IMG/VR virus record: IMGVR_UViG_3300006026_000017
Coordinates: 1 to 55,303 of that record
Length of the DNA stretch: 55,303 nucleotides
Origin: a virus
Lineage: Duplodnaviria > Caudoviricetes
Reading direction: 5' to 3' (one strand)
A program made the translations under genes and the position numbers. Position 1 is the first letter of the stretch, and the number at the start of each line of letters is the position of its first letter. Of this stretch, positions 23,975-38,300 are shown piece by piece. The notes under the pieces were generated by a model. The model saw nothing but the letters and a program-made list of their open reading frames with translations. It was not told where the DNA came from and ran no database searches.

Positions 23975-24376
23975 ATGGCAGTCCAAAGGATATCACGATC
24001 ATTCAAAGATATTAGTCTGTCCTTTGTTCCACATCCCGTAACAAAGGACTTGCCTATCATTAAAAATGAAAATGCAATTATTCGTTCTGTCAGAAATTTA
24101 ATTGAAACAACCACAAAGGAAAAATTTTTTAATTCCAATTTTGGAACTGATGTGAGAGATCTTTTGTTTGAAAATCCATCTCTTGGAACTGAAATAACAA
24201 TAAAATCTCAAATTACAGACGCAATTAATGCATATGAAGAAAGAGTTGATAATTTATTAGTTGAAGTTGACTTTTCACCAGACCTTCATGGCATTGAAGT
24301 TTCTATTCATTTTGATATTAAAGGAAAAGAATTTCCAACACAATCCATTAATTTCATACTAGAGGCAACGAGATAA
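23975..24376 (+). CDS. gp25: baseplate wedge subunit
   Basis: FKDISLSF..HPVT.D...AI.RSVRNLI.T...E.FFN..FG...LLFE; position before gp6. Confidence 0.92.
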   Translation: MAVQRISRSFKDISLSFVPHPVTKDLPIIKNENAIIRSVRNLIETTTKEKFFNSNFGTDVRDLLFENPSLGTEITIKSQITDAINAYEERVDNLLVEVDFSPDLHGIEVSIHFDIKGKEFPTQSINFILEATR

Positions 24377-24377
24377 A

Positions 24378-26312
24378 ATGCCTTTCACAAAGTTTAACAA
24401 TTTAGATTTTGATCAGATAAAAGTATCGATCAAAGATTATCTAAGGGCAAATTCAACATTTACTGATTTTGATTTCGAAGGATCAAATCTTTCAATCTTG
24501 ATTGATATACTTGCTTACAATACTTATATTAATGCCTTTAACACTAATATGGTTGCCAATGAGGCATTCATAGATTCTGCAACATTAAGAGAGAATGTTG
24601 TTGGACTGGCAAGAAATATTGGATATGTGCCTAAATCAAGAAAAGCTGCAAGAGCAGTAGTATCATTTGATGCGGTTTTTAGTGGATCATCTTCACAAAC
24701 GCTGACTTTAAAATCTGGTTTAGTTTGTGTTGGTAAAATAAGCAATAGTTCATATGTATACTCGATACCAGAAGATATTACAGTAAAAACATCAGACTCT
24801 GGGAATCAAAAAATTGCCAGTTTCAATAATATTGAAATATATGAAGGACTGTTGATTAGAAATACATTTTCGGTCGATACTTCATTAGACCAAAAATTTA
24901 TTTTAGATAATCCAAATATAGATACTTCATCCATTAGAGTTTATGTTAAAGGTGAGAATGAATCTGGAAATGGTCGAGAATATAAAGTAGTTGATAATAT
25001 CATTGATATTGATGGAACATCTGAGATATTCTTAATTCAAGAAATCAAAGATGAAAAATACCAAATAATTTTTGGTGATGGTATTTTTGGCAAAAAACTT
25101 TCAAATGGATCTGTAGTTACTGTAAGTTACATCGTCACAGATGGTGAAAATGGAAACGGTGCTTCTAATTTCTCGTTTAATGGAATTTTTGAATATGTAA
25201 ATCAAGAAGGACTTTTCGTACAACCTGATCTCGACGAAACAATCTCTGTATTCACTCTATTAAGTTCTAGAGAGGGTAAAGGAATAGAGTCTATAGATTC
25301 TATCAAATACTATGCTCCAAGGGCATATAGTGCCCAAAACAGAGCAGTTACGACAAGGGATTATGAATATATTGTGAGACAAATATATCCTAATGCAGAA
25401 GCAGTTTCTGTAATTGGTGGCGAAGAAATGGATCCACCAGAGTTTGGAACAGTTATTGTTTCTATTAAACCAAAAAATGGAACGTTTCTCTCAGATTTTA
25501 CAAAAAATCAAGTTTTAAATAAACTAAAAGATTATGCTGTCACAGGCATAAATCAAAAAATAGTTGATCTTAAGATATTATACGTTGAAATAGAATCTTC
25601 GGTATATTACAATTCTTCCCAGATATCAACTCCAAGCACACTTAAGACTTCTGTTATTTCAACATTAGAAAAATATGCCCAATCCGCAGATTTAGGTAAG
25701 TTTGGTGGTAGATTTAAATACAGTAAGGTTCAACAAGTTATTGATAATACAAATTCAGCAATCACTTCAAATATCACAAAGGTGAGAATGAGAAGAGATA
25801 TGAAATCTTCTATAAACAATTTTGCGCAATATGAAGTTTGTTTTGGCAATAAATTTCATATAAATGAATACGGATACAATATAAAAAGTAGTGGATTTAA
25901 AGTCGATGGTGAGTTAAGCGTAGTTTACTTTACAGATACACCAAATAAAACTCCTGATGGAAATTTGGATGGTAGTGGAAAAGGAATTTTATCTGTAGTT
26001 AAGGAAACTGATAACGGAAATCCAGAAGTTGTAATTCAATCTGTTGGAATTGTTGATTATACTGAGGGTGAAGTTTTGATCGGTACAATAAAGATAACAG
26101 ATACTTTATTGGCAGATGGTATTATAGAAATACAAGCATTTCCAGAATCTAATGATGTAATTGGACTAAAAGATTTATTCCTAGTATTTGACGTTGGTGC
26201 TAGCGTATCTACGATAAATATGAGAAGAGATACAATATCTTCTGGGGAAAGTATATCTGGAACAAGGTATATTACGACATCAAGTTATCCAAACGGAAAG
26301 TTAACGAGGTAG
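24378..26312 (+). CDS. gp6: baseplate wedge subunit
   Basis: LDFDQIK...FTDFDFEGSNLS.LID.LAYNT...DSATLRENVV; AQNRAVT..DY. Confidence 0.95.
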   Translation: MPFTKFNNLDFDQIKVSIKDYLRANSTFTDFDFEGSNLSILIDILAYNTYINAFNTNMVANEAFIDSATLRENVVGLARNIGYVPKSRKAARAVVSFDAVFSGSSSQTLTLKSGLVCVGKISNSSYVYSIPEDITVKTSDSGNQKIASFNNIEIYEGLLIRNTFSVDTSLDQKFILDNPNIDTSSIRVYVKGENESGNGREYKVVDNIIDIDGTSEIFLIQEIKDEKYQIIFGDGIFGKKLSNGSVVTVSYIVTDGENGNGASNFSFNGIFEYVNQEGLFVQPDLDETISVFTLLSSREGKGIESIDSIKYYAPRAYSAQNRAVTTRDYEYIVRQIYPNAEAVSVIGGEEMDPPEFGTVIVSIKPKNGTFLSDFTKNQVLNKLKDYAVTGINQKIVDLKILYVEIESSVYYNSSQISTPSTLKTSVISTLEKYAQSADLGKFGGRFKYSKVQQVIDNTNSAITSNITKVRMRRDMKSSINNFAQYEVCFGNKFHINEYGYNIKSSGFKVDGELSVVYFTDTPNKTPDGNLDGSGKGILSVVKETDNGNPEVVIQSVGIVDYTEGEVLIGTIKITDTLLADGIIEIQAFPESNDVIGLKDLFLVFDVGASVSTINMRRDTISSGESISGTRYITTSSYPNGKLTR

Positions 26313-26313
26313 T

Positions 26314-29300
26314 ATGGCAGATACTAAATTTGACGCAAGAATAAAAGTAAGTCAAATTATAAAAAATCAAATTCCAGAATTTATTTCTTCAAATGAAGAA
26401 AATTTTGTGGAATTTTTAAAGCAGTATTATATTTCCCAAGAATATAGAGGATCTTCTTTAGATATTGGCAGCAATTTTGACCAATACCTTAAATTAGACA
26501 ATCTTACTCATGATACGGTATCAAGAGAATATGTCCTTACGCAAAATGTGTTTTATAGTGATGATGTAATTCATGTAGATTCTACATCCGGATTTCCTGA
26601 TGAATATGGACTACTGAAAATAAATAATGAGATAATTACATATACTGGAAAAACTTCAACTTCTTTTACAGGCGCAATACGTGGATTTAGCGGAGTTGAG
26701 TCTTTTGATGCTGAAGATAGAGGTCAAAAAAATTTAGTATTTAGATCGTCTTCTGTAGAAACACATTCGACAAATGATAAAGTATTAAATTTAAGTAATT
26801 TATTTTTAAAAGAATTTTTTAAAAAATTAAAATATCAATTTTTACCTGGTCTGGAAGAAATTGATTTTGCTTCTGGACTTAATCTAGGAACTTTTATTAA
26901 AGAATCAAAATCATTATTTCAATCAAAGGGAACAGTTGATTCGTTTAAGATATTATTTAAAGTTCTTTATAATGTTGATGCAAAAATAATAGATACTGAG
27001 GAATTTTTAATCAAATCATCTTCTGCAGAATATATTAGGAGAAAAGTTCTTTTTGCTAGATTGCGCAGTGGAACAAATCCAACAAAAATAATTGGTCAAA
27101 CTTTAATAAGTTCAGATGGAACAGCATCTGCACCAATATCTGAAATTGATTATTATCCATCAACAGGCGGAGATGATATATACAGAATTTCTATATTTGA
27201 AGGATATAATGATAGAGATCTTTTGATAGGATCTTTTAAGGAAACTCCAGTAAGTAAAGTTATCGGAGATGTTTCTGCAGGATCGCAGACAATAACAGTG
27301 GACTCTACCGTTGGACTTCCATCTTCTGGTAATGTAATATCTGGAAACAATTCAATATCATATACTAGAAAATCAGTAAATCAATTATTCGGATGTAGTG
27401 GAATATTAGAAAATATTTCTGATTCTGATGAGATAAAATCTAGTGATTATGTATACTCATATGAGGATGGTGATGTTAATAAAATAGTCACATTTGAAGT
27501 CAAAAACATTTTATCCGAATTTAATTTTGATAGTAATTACAATTTAGTAGAAGAAAATGATCCTATAAGTATTAACAATTTGGGCGAGTATGTAGAGGAT
27601 GTTGGGGAAGACAATACATATAAGCAATTTGTTTTTAATAGTTGGATATACAATACTTCATCCAGGTTTCAAATTGAAAGTTCTTCTAGTAATACTTCAC
27701 ACATTTTACGGGAGCACCCAAACAAAAATAGTTTGAAAGTAGGAGATGATATTCAAATTTTTTATAGAGGTTCTATTCAACCTATTGGTGAGGCAACTGT
27801 TCTCAGTATTTTTGCGAACCAATCAAATTCTACAAAAGGAGATTTAATAATTTCAAATTTGGTTCTTAATAATCCTAACATTGATTTAACAGAGGGTTTA
27901 AATCTGGACATTAGAAGAGTTATTAAAAAAGCAAAAATTTCATCCACTTCAATACCCTTGAAGTATTCTGATGTTATGGCAAACATTCAGAATACTTATG
28001 ATGAGGACAGTAAAAATATATACGTTGCAACCAATTCAATACCAGATTATGAAATAAATGCAGAGGATATATCCCTAGAAATTCAAAGTTTGGATGCGGT
28101 AAGTAATAATACGATTATTTTTTCTTCCGAAACATCGTTAAAATTTTTATTAGGAGATAAAATAACTTACACTCATTCTGCAGATGGAAATGCGATTATT
28201 GGATTGGAAAATAATAAAGAATATTTTGTTAAGGTTCAAAACCAAAATGCCATAAAATTATATACATCATTATCTGCAGTAGTTACGGATACGTTCCTAA
28301 CACTATCGACAGAGTCATTAACTGCATCCAGCCATAAATTTACATTATCCAAACTTTTCTCGAAAGAAATAGTACCAAGTCTTTCATTAAGAAAATTTCC
28401 ATTAGAATCTAGCAAAAATACAAGAACTAAGATAAAAACAATTCCAAATACAACTGTTGCTACTTTGATTAATGGTGTCGAAGTTTCTACCTATAAAGAT
28501 GTTGATAGGGTTTTTTATGGACCTATACAAAAAATAGATATTTTAGAACAGGGAGAAAATTATGATGTAGTAAATCCACCGCAAATTCAAATAAGTGACC
28601 CAACAGGAATTGGTGGAACTACATGTTTAGTTTCTCCAATCATTTCTGGATCAGTAAAATCAATTTTACTTGATGTAAAAGATATACCAATCAAAAAAAT
28701 ATCATCAGTTTCAATATCTGGTGGAAATGGCACTGGATGCGTTTTAGAGCCAGTTATTGAAAACAAACACAGAGAAATTGAATTTGATGCAACTATCAGT
28801 GTTAATGCATCCACAGATTCTATTTCATTTGTAAATAATCATTATTTTAGTGATGGTCAAAGAGTAGTTTATAATAAAAATAATAATGATCCAATAGGAA
28901 TAGGAACATTTGGTGGATCTAATTTAGATCAAAATAAATTTTTGTTAAATGGTGGATCTTATTTTGTAAAATATATAACTGCCAAAAGTATAGGATTATA
29001 TGAGTCACTAAATGATTATATTGCAGGAATTAATACTGTTGGATTTACTACCACAAATACTGCTGGTATTCATAAAATAAGAACCTTTGATTATGATAAA
29101 TTATTAACAGACATTCGTGTAATTGAACCTGGTAGTGGATATGAGCATAGAAGTATTATTATTACTCCAGAAAACAGAAATATTTCTATATCAACAACTC
29201 GATCTTCAATTAATTTCAAAAACCATGGATTTAAAGATGGTTCTATTGTAAAATACACTAGTACTAGTGAAATTTCCGGATTAAATAATTCGCAAAATTA

Positions 29301-32300
29301 TCATTTAATTAAATTGGATGATGATTCTTTTAGATTAGCAAATGACCAAATTGATTATTCTAAAAAGAAATATATTAATTTTGGGGATATTGGTGGTAAT
29401 GTAGATCATATATTTAATTATTCTTCAATTACTGTAGATATTAACGTATCATATGCAAATACTGGACAAATAATTACCGCTACTCCTGTGGTTAGGGGAG
29501 AAATTATTGATATTAGCATTAATGAATCTGGGAGTAAATATGGTTCTGAGGTATTAAATTATGAAAATCCACCTTTAGTTTTTATAAAAAATGGAAAGGG
29601 TGCTGTAGTATCTCCAGTAATTATAAATGGTATAATTGATAGTGTTACCGTACTTAATGGTGGATCTGAGTATTATTCATTACCAGATCTTATTATTAAT
29701 ACAAAATCTGGTGCTGGTGCAAAATTAAAACCAATTATTGATACTAGCACTGGAAAATTAACAGGTGTTTTTGTAGTAAAAGGTGGTATTGGTTACAAAC
29801 AGTCTGATACTATCGATGTTGAAACAGTTGGAAAAGGTTGTAAAATTAATCCAAGAATTAGACCTTTAACAATTAACTCAAATTCAAAATTTGGAGATGA
29901 AACTATAAGACCCATAATTAATACTCAAGAAGCAACATATACGGTTCTTGGTTATTTGGACAAATTGAGAGAATCTTTAAAAGATAACTTTGGAACAGAA
30001 AATTCAGGATCTGAGCACTCTCCAATTATTGGGTGGGCGTATGATGGAAATCCAATTTATGGATCATTTGGTTATATAAATCCAAATGATGCTACTGCAG
30101 TAAAGAGAATTGAGTCAGGATACACTTTAGATTCCTCTAAAATTTATGATAGACCAAGTTTAACAAGTTTTGCTGAGGGAATATTTGTTGAAGATTATGT
30201 TTTTGATGGTTCTGGAGATTTAGATGAACATAATGGAAGATTTACAAAAACTCCAGACTTTCCAAATGGAACATATGCATATTTTTCCACGATAATTCCT
30301 GATCCAAGTATTCCTGGAAAATTTTTGCCAGATTTTCCTTATTTTATAGGAGACACATATAAATCAGATCTTCTTGATGGAGTTTTGGATCAAAATCAAG
30401 AAAATTTCGATCTGCAAAATTCTGGTTTATTGAGAAATACTGCACCATATAGACTTGGGCAAAAGTTTTCCAAAAATGATTACGTAGATTTTGAATTTAT
30501 TGATAGATTTGATGCAGCAAAAATCGATTTTTCATCTAAAGGGGATATTTCATCTTTTTCAATAGATGTAGATGGATTTGATTATAAAGTTGGAGATCCT
30601 TTAACTTTTGACAATTCTAAGGTTCAAGGTTCTGGAGTTTCTGCAGAAGTTTCTGAAGTTAAAGGTAAAGACATAACATCTGTTTCTTATACGGAATTAA
30701 AAGAATCGAATGTTGTTTTAGAAAAAGAATCATTTGGATTGAGACTTCATGTTAACCCTTATCATACTTTTAATAATCAAAGTTATGTAAAGATAGACAA
30801 TGAGTCAACCAATATACCGGGATTGAGTGGGTTTCATAAAATTAATGTAGAATATAACACATCAGTTTTAAGTGAAGAAATAGTTATTAATTCTGGAATA
30901 GTTACTGATATTTTTGTATCATCTATCCCAAAAACAATTTCCATAGGCAGTACCATAGGAATTGGGACTGAAAATATGGAAGTATTGAATGTTTTCAATA
31001 ATAGTAGAATTGTTAGAGCAAAAAGATCTGTTTTAGGTATAGCACATAGTGTTGGATCTGTTGTTACATACAGACCGGATTCATTTACAATACCTTTTGT
31101 TATAGATGAAATTGACTCTTTTAAAAATAAAAAAGTATATTTTAATCCTACACAATCAATTGGGATCGGAACTACTCCAGGAAATTCATCAGAAGTTTCT
31201 TATACAATTAACAATATAGAAAATACAATATCATTATTGAATGGATCAATCTATCTTCCAAATCACGGATTTAAAGATAAGGAAAAAGTAACAATTGCTC
31301 GCCCTTCCGGAACATCTGCAATAACAGTTCACAATAATTCGACTGGTAACCAGTTCCAATTATTAAATTCTGTTGAAAATGAAACGGTTTATATTATTAA
31401 AAAATCTGATGATATTGTTGGTATAATTACATCTTTGACTGGCATTGGAAACTCTGATTCTGGGTTATCATTTGTTACAAATGGTACAAATGATCATGAA
31501 TATTATTTCCAATCACAAAATAATCAAATAACAGTTGATGCTAGTGAAATTAATGCTACCGTATCTGTATCTACTAGTCATGGATTACAAAAAGATGATA
31601 TTGTGAAATTGAATGTGATTCCGAATAATAATGTTGGAATAGGGTCTTCGACATCGTTAAAGTCAATATTCAATACTAATATCCAAAGAATTTTAATTAA
31701 TCCTGTAGGATTTAATTCATCAGGAATTAATACAACAAATAACTCTATAACTATTCCAAATAATAATTTTTCAACTGGAGATAAAGTGTTCTATGAAGCA
31801 GATATAGAAGCTTCTGGATTATCTACAGGATCGTATTATTATATTTTAAAGTTAAGTGATGATGTAATTTCCTTATCGGAAACTTTATATGATGCAACTT
31901 CAAAAAATCTAGCAGTAGTGAGTATTGGAGGAACTGGAGGAAGTTCTCAAAAATTAAGTCTTGTAAATCCACAAATCAATGTAATTAAAAATAATAATCT
32001 AGTTTTTGATATAAGCGATTCTTCATTTGCTAACAAAACAATTAAGTTTTTTAAAGACAACAATTATGTTAATGAATTTATTTCAACATCGGATGAAACT
32101 TCTTTTAATGTAATTGGTGTTGGAACTCCTGGACAATCTGGAGCAAAAGTAACGTTAAATTATACAGATAGCATTGATTATGATTTATACTATATTGTCG
32201 AAGATCTGGTAGAAGGTGCTTTTGTTTTGCCGGATAAAGATGTAAGGTCTTTCTCCAAAATTTCATATATTGATAGTTTTTATAATAATACATTTACAGT

Positions 32301-35300
32301 TTCAAGTGTTGGATTAACCACATTTGCAGTTAATCTTGTTGGTCTACCAGAAGTATCACAATATACAACAGGAGATGTAAAATCTTTCGAATATTCAACA
32401 AATTCCAAAACTGCGATTGGACCTATATCAAAAATTAGAAAAGTATCTCCTGGATTCAATTATAAATCATTACCATCATTTACTGGTGTAGAAAGTGATT
32501 TGGGTGATGGTGCAGGTATAAGTTTATTGACTAATACAATAGGAGTACCTCAAAGTATCAATATAGTTAATACTGGATTTTCATTCCCAACAGACAAAAC
32601 TTTATCACCGAGCGGCATTCTTCCAATTATTGCCAATTTAAAAGAAAATCAACAAATATTAGATATTACAGTAACATCCGGTGGAAGTGGTTATTATTCA
32701 GAACCATCAATGGTTCTGGTTGATTCAGAAACAAGAAAATCTGTAGATACTGCATCCTTTATTGCGGAATTGGATGGAAGTTCTATTTCTAGAGTTGTTT
32801 CCGTAAATGCAACCGGATTAGATCTGAAAAAATATGAATTAATATCAACAAATAATACTAATGGAATTTTAATAAACACTATTGAATATCAATCCGGAAT
32901 TGTAACTTGCATTTTGAGCACACCAATTGGAGGATTTTTAACTCCTCCATTTGCAGCAAACGACCAAATATTTGTTGAGGGAGTTGAAAAAACAGACACA
33001 AGTGGTGATGGATTTAATTCCACAGATCTTGGATATCGATATTTTACTGTATTAGAATATCAAAACACCTCTCCAGCTAAAATAGTATTTGATATAAGTA
33101 AATTCACATCTGATCCAGGGACTCCCATTAAAACACAAACCTTTGCATCTGTCGTTAATAAATCAGCACTTCCAACACTTGAAGTTACTCTAGAGGAAAG
33201 TCCATTTATTCCTAATGAAGAAATATTAATAGATATTGGTAATGGATACGTACTCTCAGATAACATTATTATAAGTTCTGAAGCAAATATTGCTAAAATA
33301 GATGGACCAGATTTTATTAAAGTTGGATATAGTATAAAGGGAATAAGTTCTGGATCAACTGCAAAAATCAATAAAATTACTTCATTGTCCGGAAGATTTA
33401 AAATAAATCCAGTATATTCAACCAGTGATGGATGGAGATCAAATACGGGCGCATTAAGTGAGGACTATCAAGTTCTTTCTGATAATGATTACTATCAAAA
33501 GTTGTCATATTCAATTAAGAGTCCCATATCATATGAAACTTTAATAGATCCTGTTAATAAACTAGTACACTCAACGGGTTTAAAGAATTTTGCAGATGTT
33601 GGAATTACCTCTTCCGTTTCAATTGGTCTTGGAGATACTACTTCAACACTCTCGATTGTTATTGACTTTGCTTCGGATTTGAGAATTGATAGAATAAAAG
33701 AATTTGATATTGTAAAAGATATTGATGTAGTATTAGAAAAAGATTTAAATCCGGGTAATATTGATCAATATATTAAAAAGTCAAAATATGTTGAATTTCA
33801 GAATAAAAACCTAACAGATTATTTTGTATGCAAAACAAACAGAGTATTATCAATTGATAATGTTGAAAATGAATTTTCCAGTGTTACTTTTGGGCAAGAA
33901 AAATACGTCGATCTTATTACATATCCAAGATTTTTAAAATATTCTAGTTTCTTAGTTCAAAGCGTTGGTATTGGTAGTACAGAACAACAATTTGATGACT
34001 TAGTTGTTTTAAATGATAATCTTAATAGTTATACTATCAATAGAGGAACACTAGTAAATTCGAATGAAATAGAATATTATAGTGAAGTTGGTGGATTTCT
34101 TGATGAATTCGGAAACTTGTCTTTGAGATACGAACCAGAAGATCCTTTCGAAAAAACTTATAATATTAAAGTTTATAGAAATAATTTTGATACTGGTTTA
34201 AGTGGGATAGGAACAACATCTATAGGATTTGTTGACATCACTTCAAATGTTAAGACGGTGGGAGTTGGTTCAACTTCACAAATAGTTGGTATTGCAACAT
34301 CTTCTACTGAAGCAATTTTAACTGAGATTATTGCCATAGATTCGTTGACAGATAAAATAAATTTCTTTGAAGTTGCAACTGTCAATAATGGAACAATTTC
34401 AAACCATGCAGAATATTATTTTGATACTGAAAATTTAATCGGAAAGAGTTCTGATCCATTTGTATCAATTGGTTCTACAATTGATACAAATGGAACTTTG
34501 AAGATAAATTTAACTAATCTGAAATCAAATAATATTATCTACAAAACAAAAACTATAAACATTGGACCGTCTTCAGTTGGTCTTGGATCTACATATAGAT
34601 TTTTGGCAAATGGACAACCAGAAGGTTCTGAAAGATCTGCTTTTCTTCAATCAACACACGTTGAAACCGGAAATCTTTCTGTTGGATTAGGAACAATTAT
34701 AGCATCATTTGATTCAAATACAGTTGCATCTTCAAAATCACTAGTAAAAATTAAAAATATTGATAGTGGCAATACATCTGTCCATCAAATTTTATTATTA
34801 GATGACAAAACAGATACTTTTATAATGCCAAAATTCTATGTTTCTATGGCAAGTACAACTGGCATTGGAACATTTGATTCAAATATTGTTGGCGGAAATG
34901 CAAATTTATTGTTCTACCCAGATTTTAATGCAAATTATGAAATAAGCATGTATTCTCAAGTTCTCTACAGAGAATTGGATATTGAAAATATAACTTTAGA
35001 CAAAGAATATGGAAATATTATAGAATCTATTAAAAATAGCAGATTTAATGCAATTAATGGTGATGGAAATGATCAATTGGAATTTGAAATGGAATATAAT
35101 GGAGTACCAATTTTCCAAAAAACATTCGATCCTACAGACACTGCAAAGTTAAATAGATCTACTGGAGTATTTTCAATAAATGATCACTTCTTCAGTAATA
35201 ATGAAAGTCTAACATATACTCCAACATCAACTTTCTTAGGAGTTGCAGCAACTTCTATTGGAATTGGAACAACATCCGTAGGAGGAACAGTTTTTGTTGG

Positions 35301-38300
35301 CGACTTTATTGCAGGACTTTCAACCATTACAGGAATTTCTTCATCACTATTAGAGTTTTTTGAAGTTGGTCAGACTGTTAGTGGACCATCAGTCCCAGCA
35401 TCAACACAAATTGTAAGTATTGGAAATACTTTCCAATACTTTATTGGAAATGTTGTTGGTGTAGGATCTACAGTTATAACTGGTATTGCTAATACCTCTA
35501 TATTTAAAGTTAATGCTGGTATTTTCTCTGGCGATGGAACTTCATTAGGAACTATTCAATCAATTGGCCAAGAAACAGTAACCTCAAATCAAACTATTGA
35601 TGTTGGAATTGGAAGAACATATTATACTGATAATGTTGGATTGGGCATTTCTCTTTCCAATGTCAGTACTGCATCTACGATTAGACAATCATATGTCTGT
35701 GGATTAACGACGGACGTTTGCCCATCAAATGTATTTGCTATTGTTAGTGATCCAAACACATTTAAACTAACAGGAACAAATAATAGTAGTGTGGCATTTA
35801 CATTTACTAACACTGGTGGAGGAAATGCACATACTTTAACTATGAATAAAAATATTGAGAAAACTTTAATCAATATTGATGGTATAACTCAACACCCTAT
35901 CGCATTTTCACCAATTTCTTATACAATAAATGATAATATTACAAATTCTCAAGAATATATTAGATTAAGTGGTATTTCTACAATTAATCCAAGAGATCTA
36001 TTAAAAATTGATGATGAATATCTTGAAGTTATTATTGTTGGATTGGGAACAACTGCATCTGGTCCAATAACTAGAACTGGTACAACACCTTTAATAAAAG
36101 CAAAGAGGGGTGCTGTTGGTTCTGTAGCAAGCACTCATACTTCTGGAAGCACAGCACAATTGTATAAAGGATCTTACAATATTGTTGGAAACAAACTTCA
36201 TTTCACATCTGCACCAAAAGGATCTGGAGAGAATGACAGAGAAAATTCTTCGGGAATAAAATTTGAAAGATCATCGTTTAATGGTAGGGTTTTCTTAAGA
36301 CAGGATTACTCTAAAAATATTATCTATGATGATATTTCATCCAAATTTAATGGTATTGGCAGAACTTTTACATTAAAGAATTCTGGTCAAGATGTTGATT
36401 ACGTCGAACCAGGAAGTGGTTTTTTATATGTAAACGAAATATTTCAAACACCAACTACAGCAAATAATGAAGGAAATAATTATGATTTAAATGATAATGG
36501 ATCTACAACTGACATAGTTTTTACTGGAATAAAAGATCCTGTTGATGATGATATTATTATTTCAAATTCTGACGTTAATCAGAATGGTATTCCTAGAGGA
36601 GGTATAATTGTATCTCTTGGTTCTACTCCAGGACTTGGTTATGCACCTCTTGTAGGGGCATCTGTCACTGCTGTAGTTGGTGCTGGTGGAAGTATTGTTT
36701 CTGTTGGTTTAGGAACTACAGATCATCCAGGTTCTGGATATAATGGATTAATTGGTATTGCAGTTACTGTTTTTGAAGAAAATCATGTTGGAACAGAAGC
36801 AAGTGTTGTTGCTACTGTTGGATTAGGAGGAACACTAACTTTCACTGTTGATAACGGTGGAACTGGATATACTAATCCACAAATATTTGTTTCCGACCCA
36901 TCATATTCCAATTTAAATGCTATTGGAATTTCTAGACTGGGAATTGGTACAACCACAGATACTGGAATTGGATTTGCTGTCAACTTGGAGGTTGGTGCTG
37001 CTTCTACAACAGGAATAGGATCAACTTATTTCGAAGTTACTAATTTTGAAGTAATTAATAATGGATATTCATTTAACAGAGGTGATAAATTCACAATTGT
37101 TGGATTGGTTACTGATGCAAATCTTTCAGAACCAATTCATAATTTTGAACTGGAAGTTTTAGAAACATACCATGATAATTTTGCATTATGGCAGTTTGGA
37201 GAAATGGATTTTATAGATTCTATAAAATTATCTCAAGATGGTGAAAAAGTAAGATTCCCATTGTATTATAATGGAGACTTATTAAACTTTGAGCGGGATT
37301 TGAGTGATCCAAATTCTATACCAATTGATTTGAAAGAATTGCTTGTCATTTATATAAATGGAATACTACAAATTCCAGGAGAATCATATAATTTTGATGG
37401 AGGAACTAGTATAGTATTTTCTAGTGCCCCAGATGCGGAAGATGATGTTGACATTTTCTTCTATCGAGGAACTAGAGGTGTTGATAGTAAAATTGAAACA
37501 ATTAATGAAATTGTTGGTATTGGTGATCAAATTCAAATCATGAAAGAACCAAATTTTGTATTGACAAGAGATCAAAATCCAAGAACAATTTTTGACATCA
37601 GAGAATCTGATCTTATAGAAACAAATATCTATACTGGACCTGGAATTAGTACTGAAGGTGATGCACAGTCATCTCAATTTATTACCAATGAAAAATTTGT
37701 TGATATAATTCCACAAAAATCTGACATCATAATTAATGGTAATGAAATTTCTAAATCTAGAAACAGAATTGCATCTAAAGTATATCCGACATCCAGATTA
37801 ATTTCAGATTTATCATCATCAGATAGTCAAATATTTGTTGATGATGCACAATCATTTGATTATGAAGAAAATGAATTATCTATCAACATTCCTGAGTTTG
37901 ATTTAATTATTTTGGAAGGAGTTGATAAAACTCCAGCACAACTTCAAGTTGTCGTATCTAGTGCATCTACAATTTCATCTATCAATATTATTTCTGGTGG
38001 ATCTGGATATGAAGTAGGATCAGTTGATGTGGAATTTTCAAATCCTTCAAATGGAATAGGTGCGGGAATAGGAACAATTGCACAAGCAACAGCAACTGTT
38101 TCTGCTGCTGGAACTGTTTCTTCTATATCAGTTACTAATGGTGGATTTGGATATTCAACAGCAAATTTACCTCAAGTATTAGTTCCTTTACCTACAAATA
38201 AAATAGAAAATGTAACTTCTGTGAAATTTGTAGATGGTTTCTCTGGAATTATTACAGGAGTTACGACAACAACAACTTCAGGAAATCCTGCTATTAGATT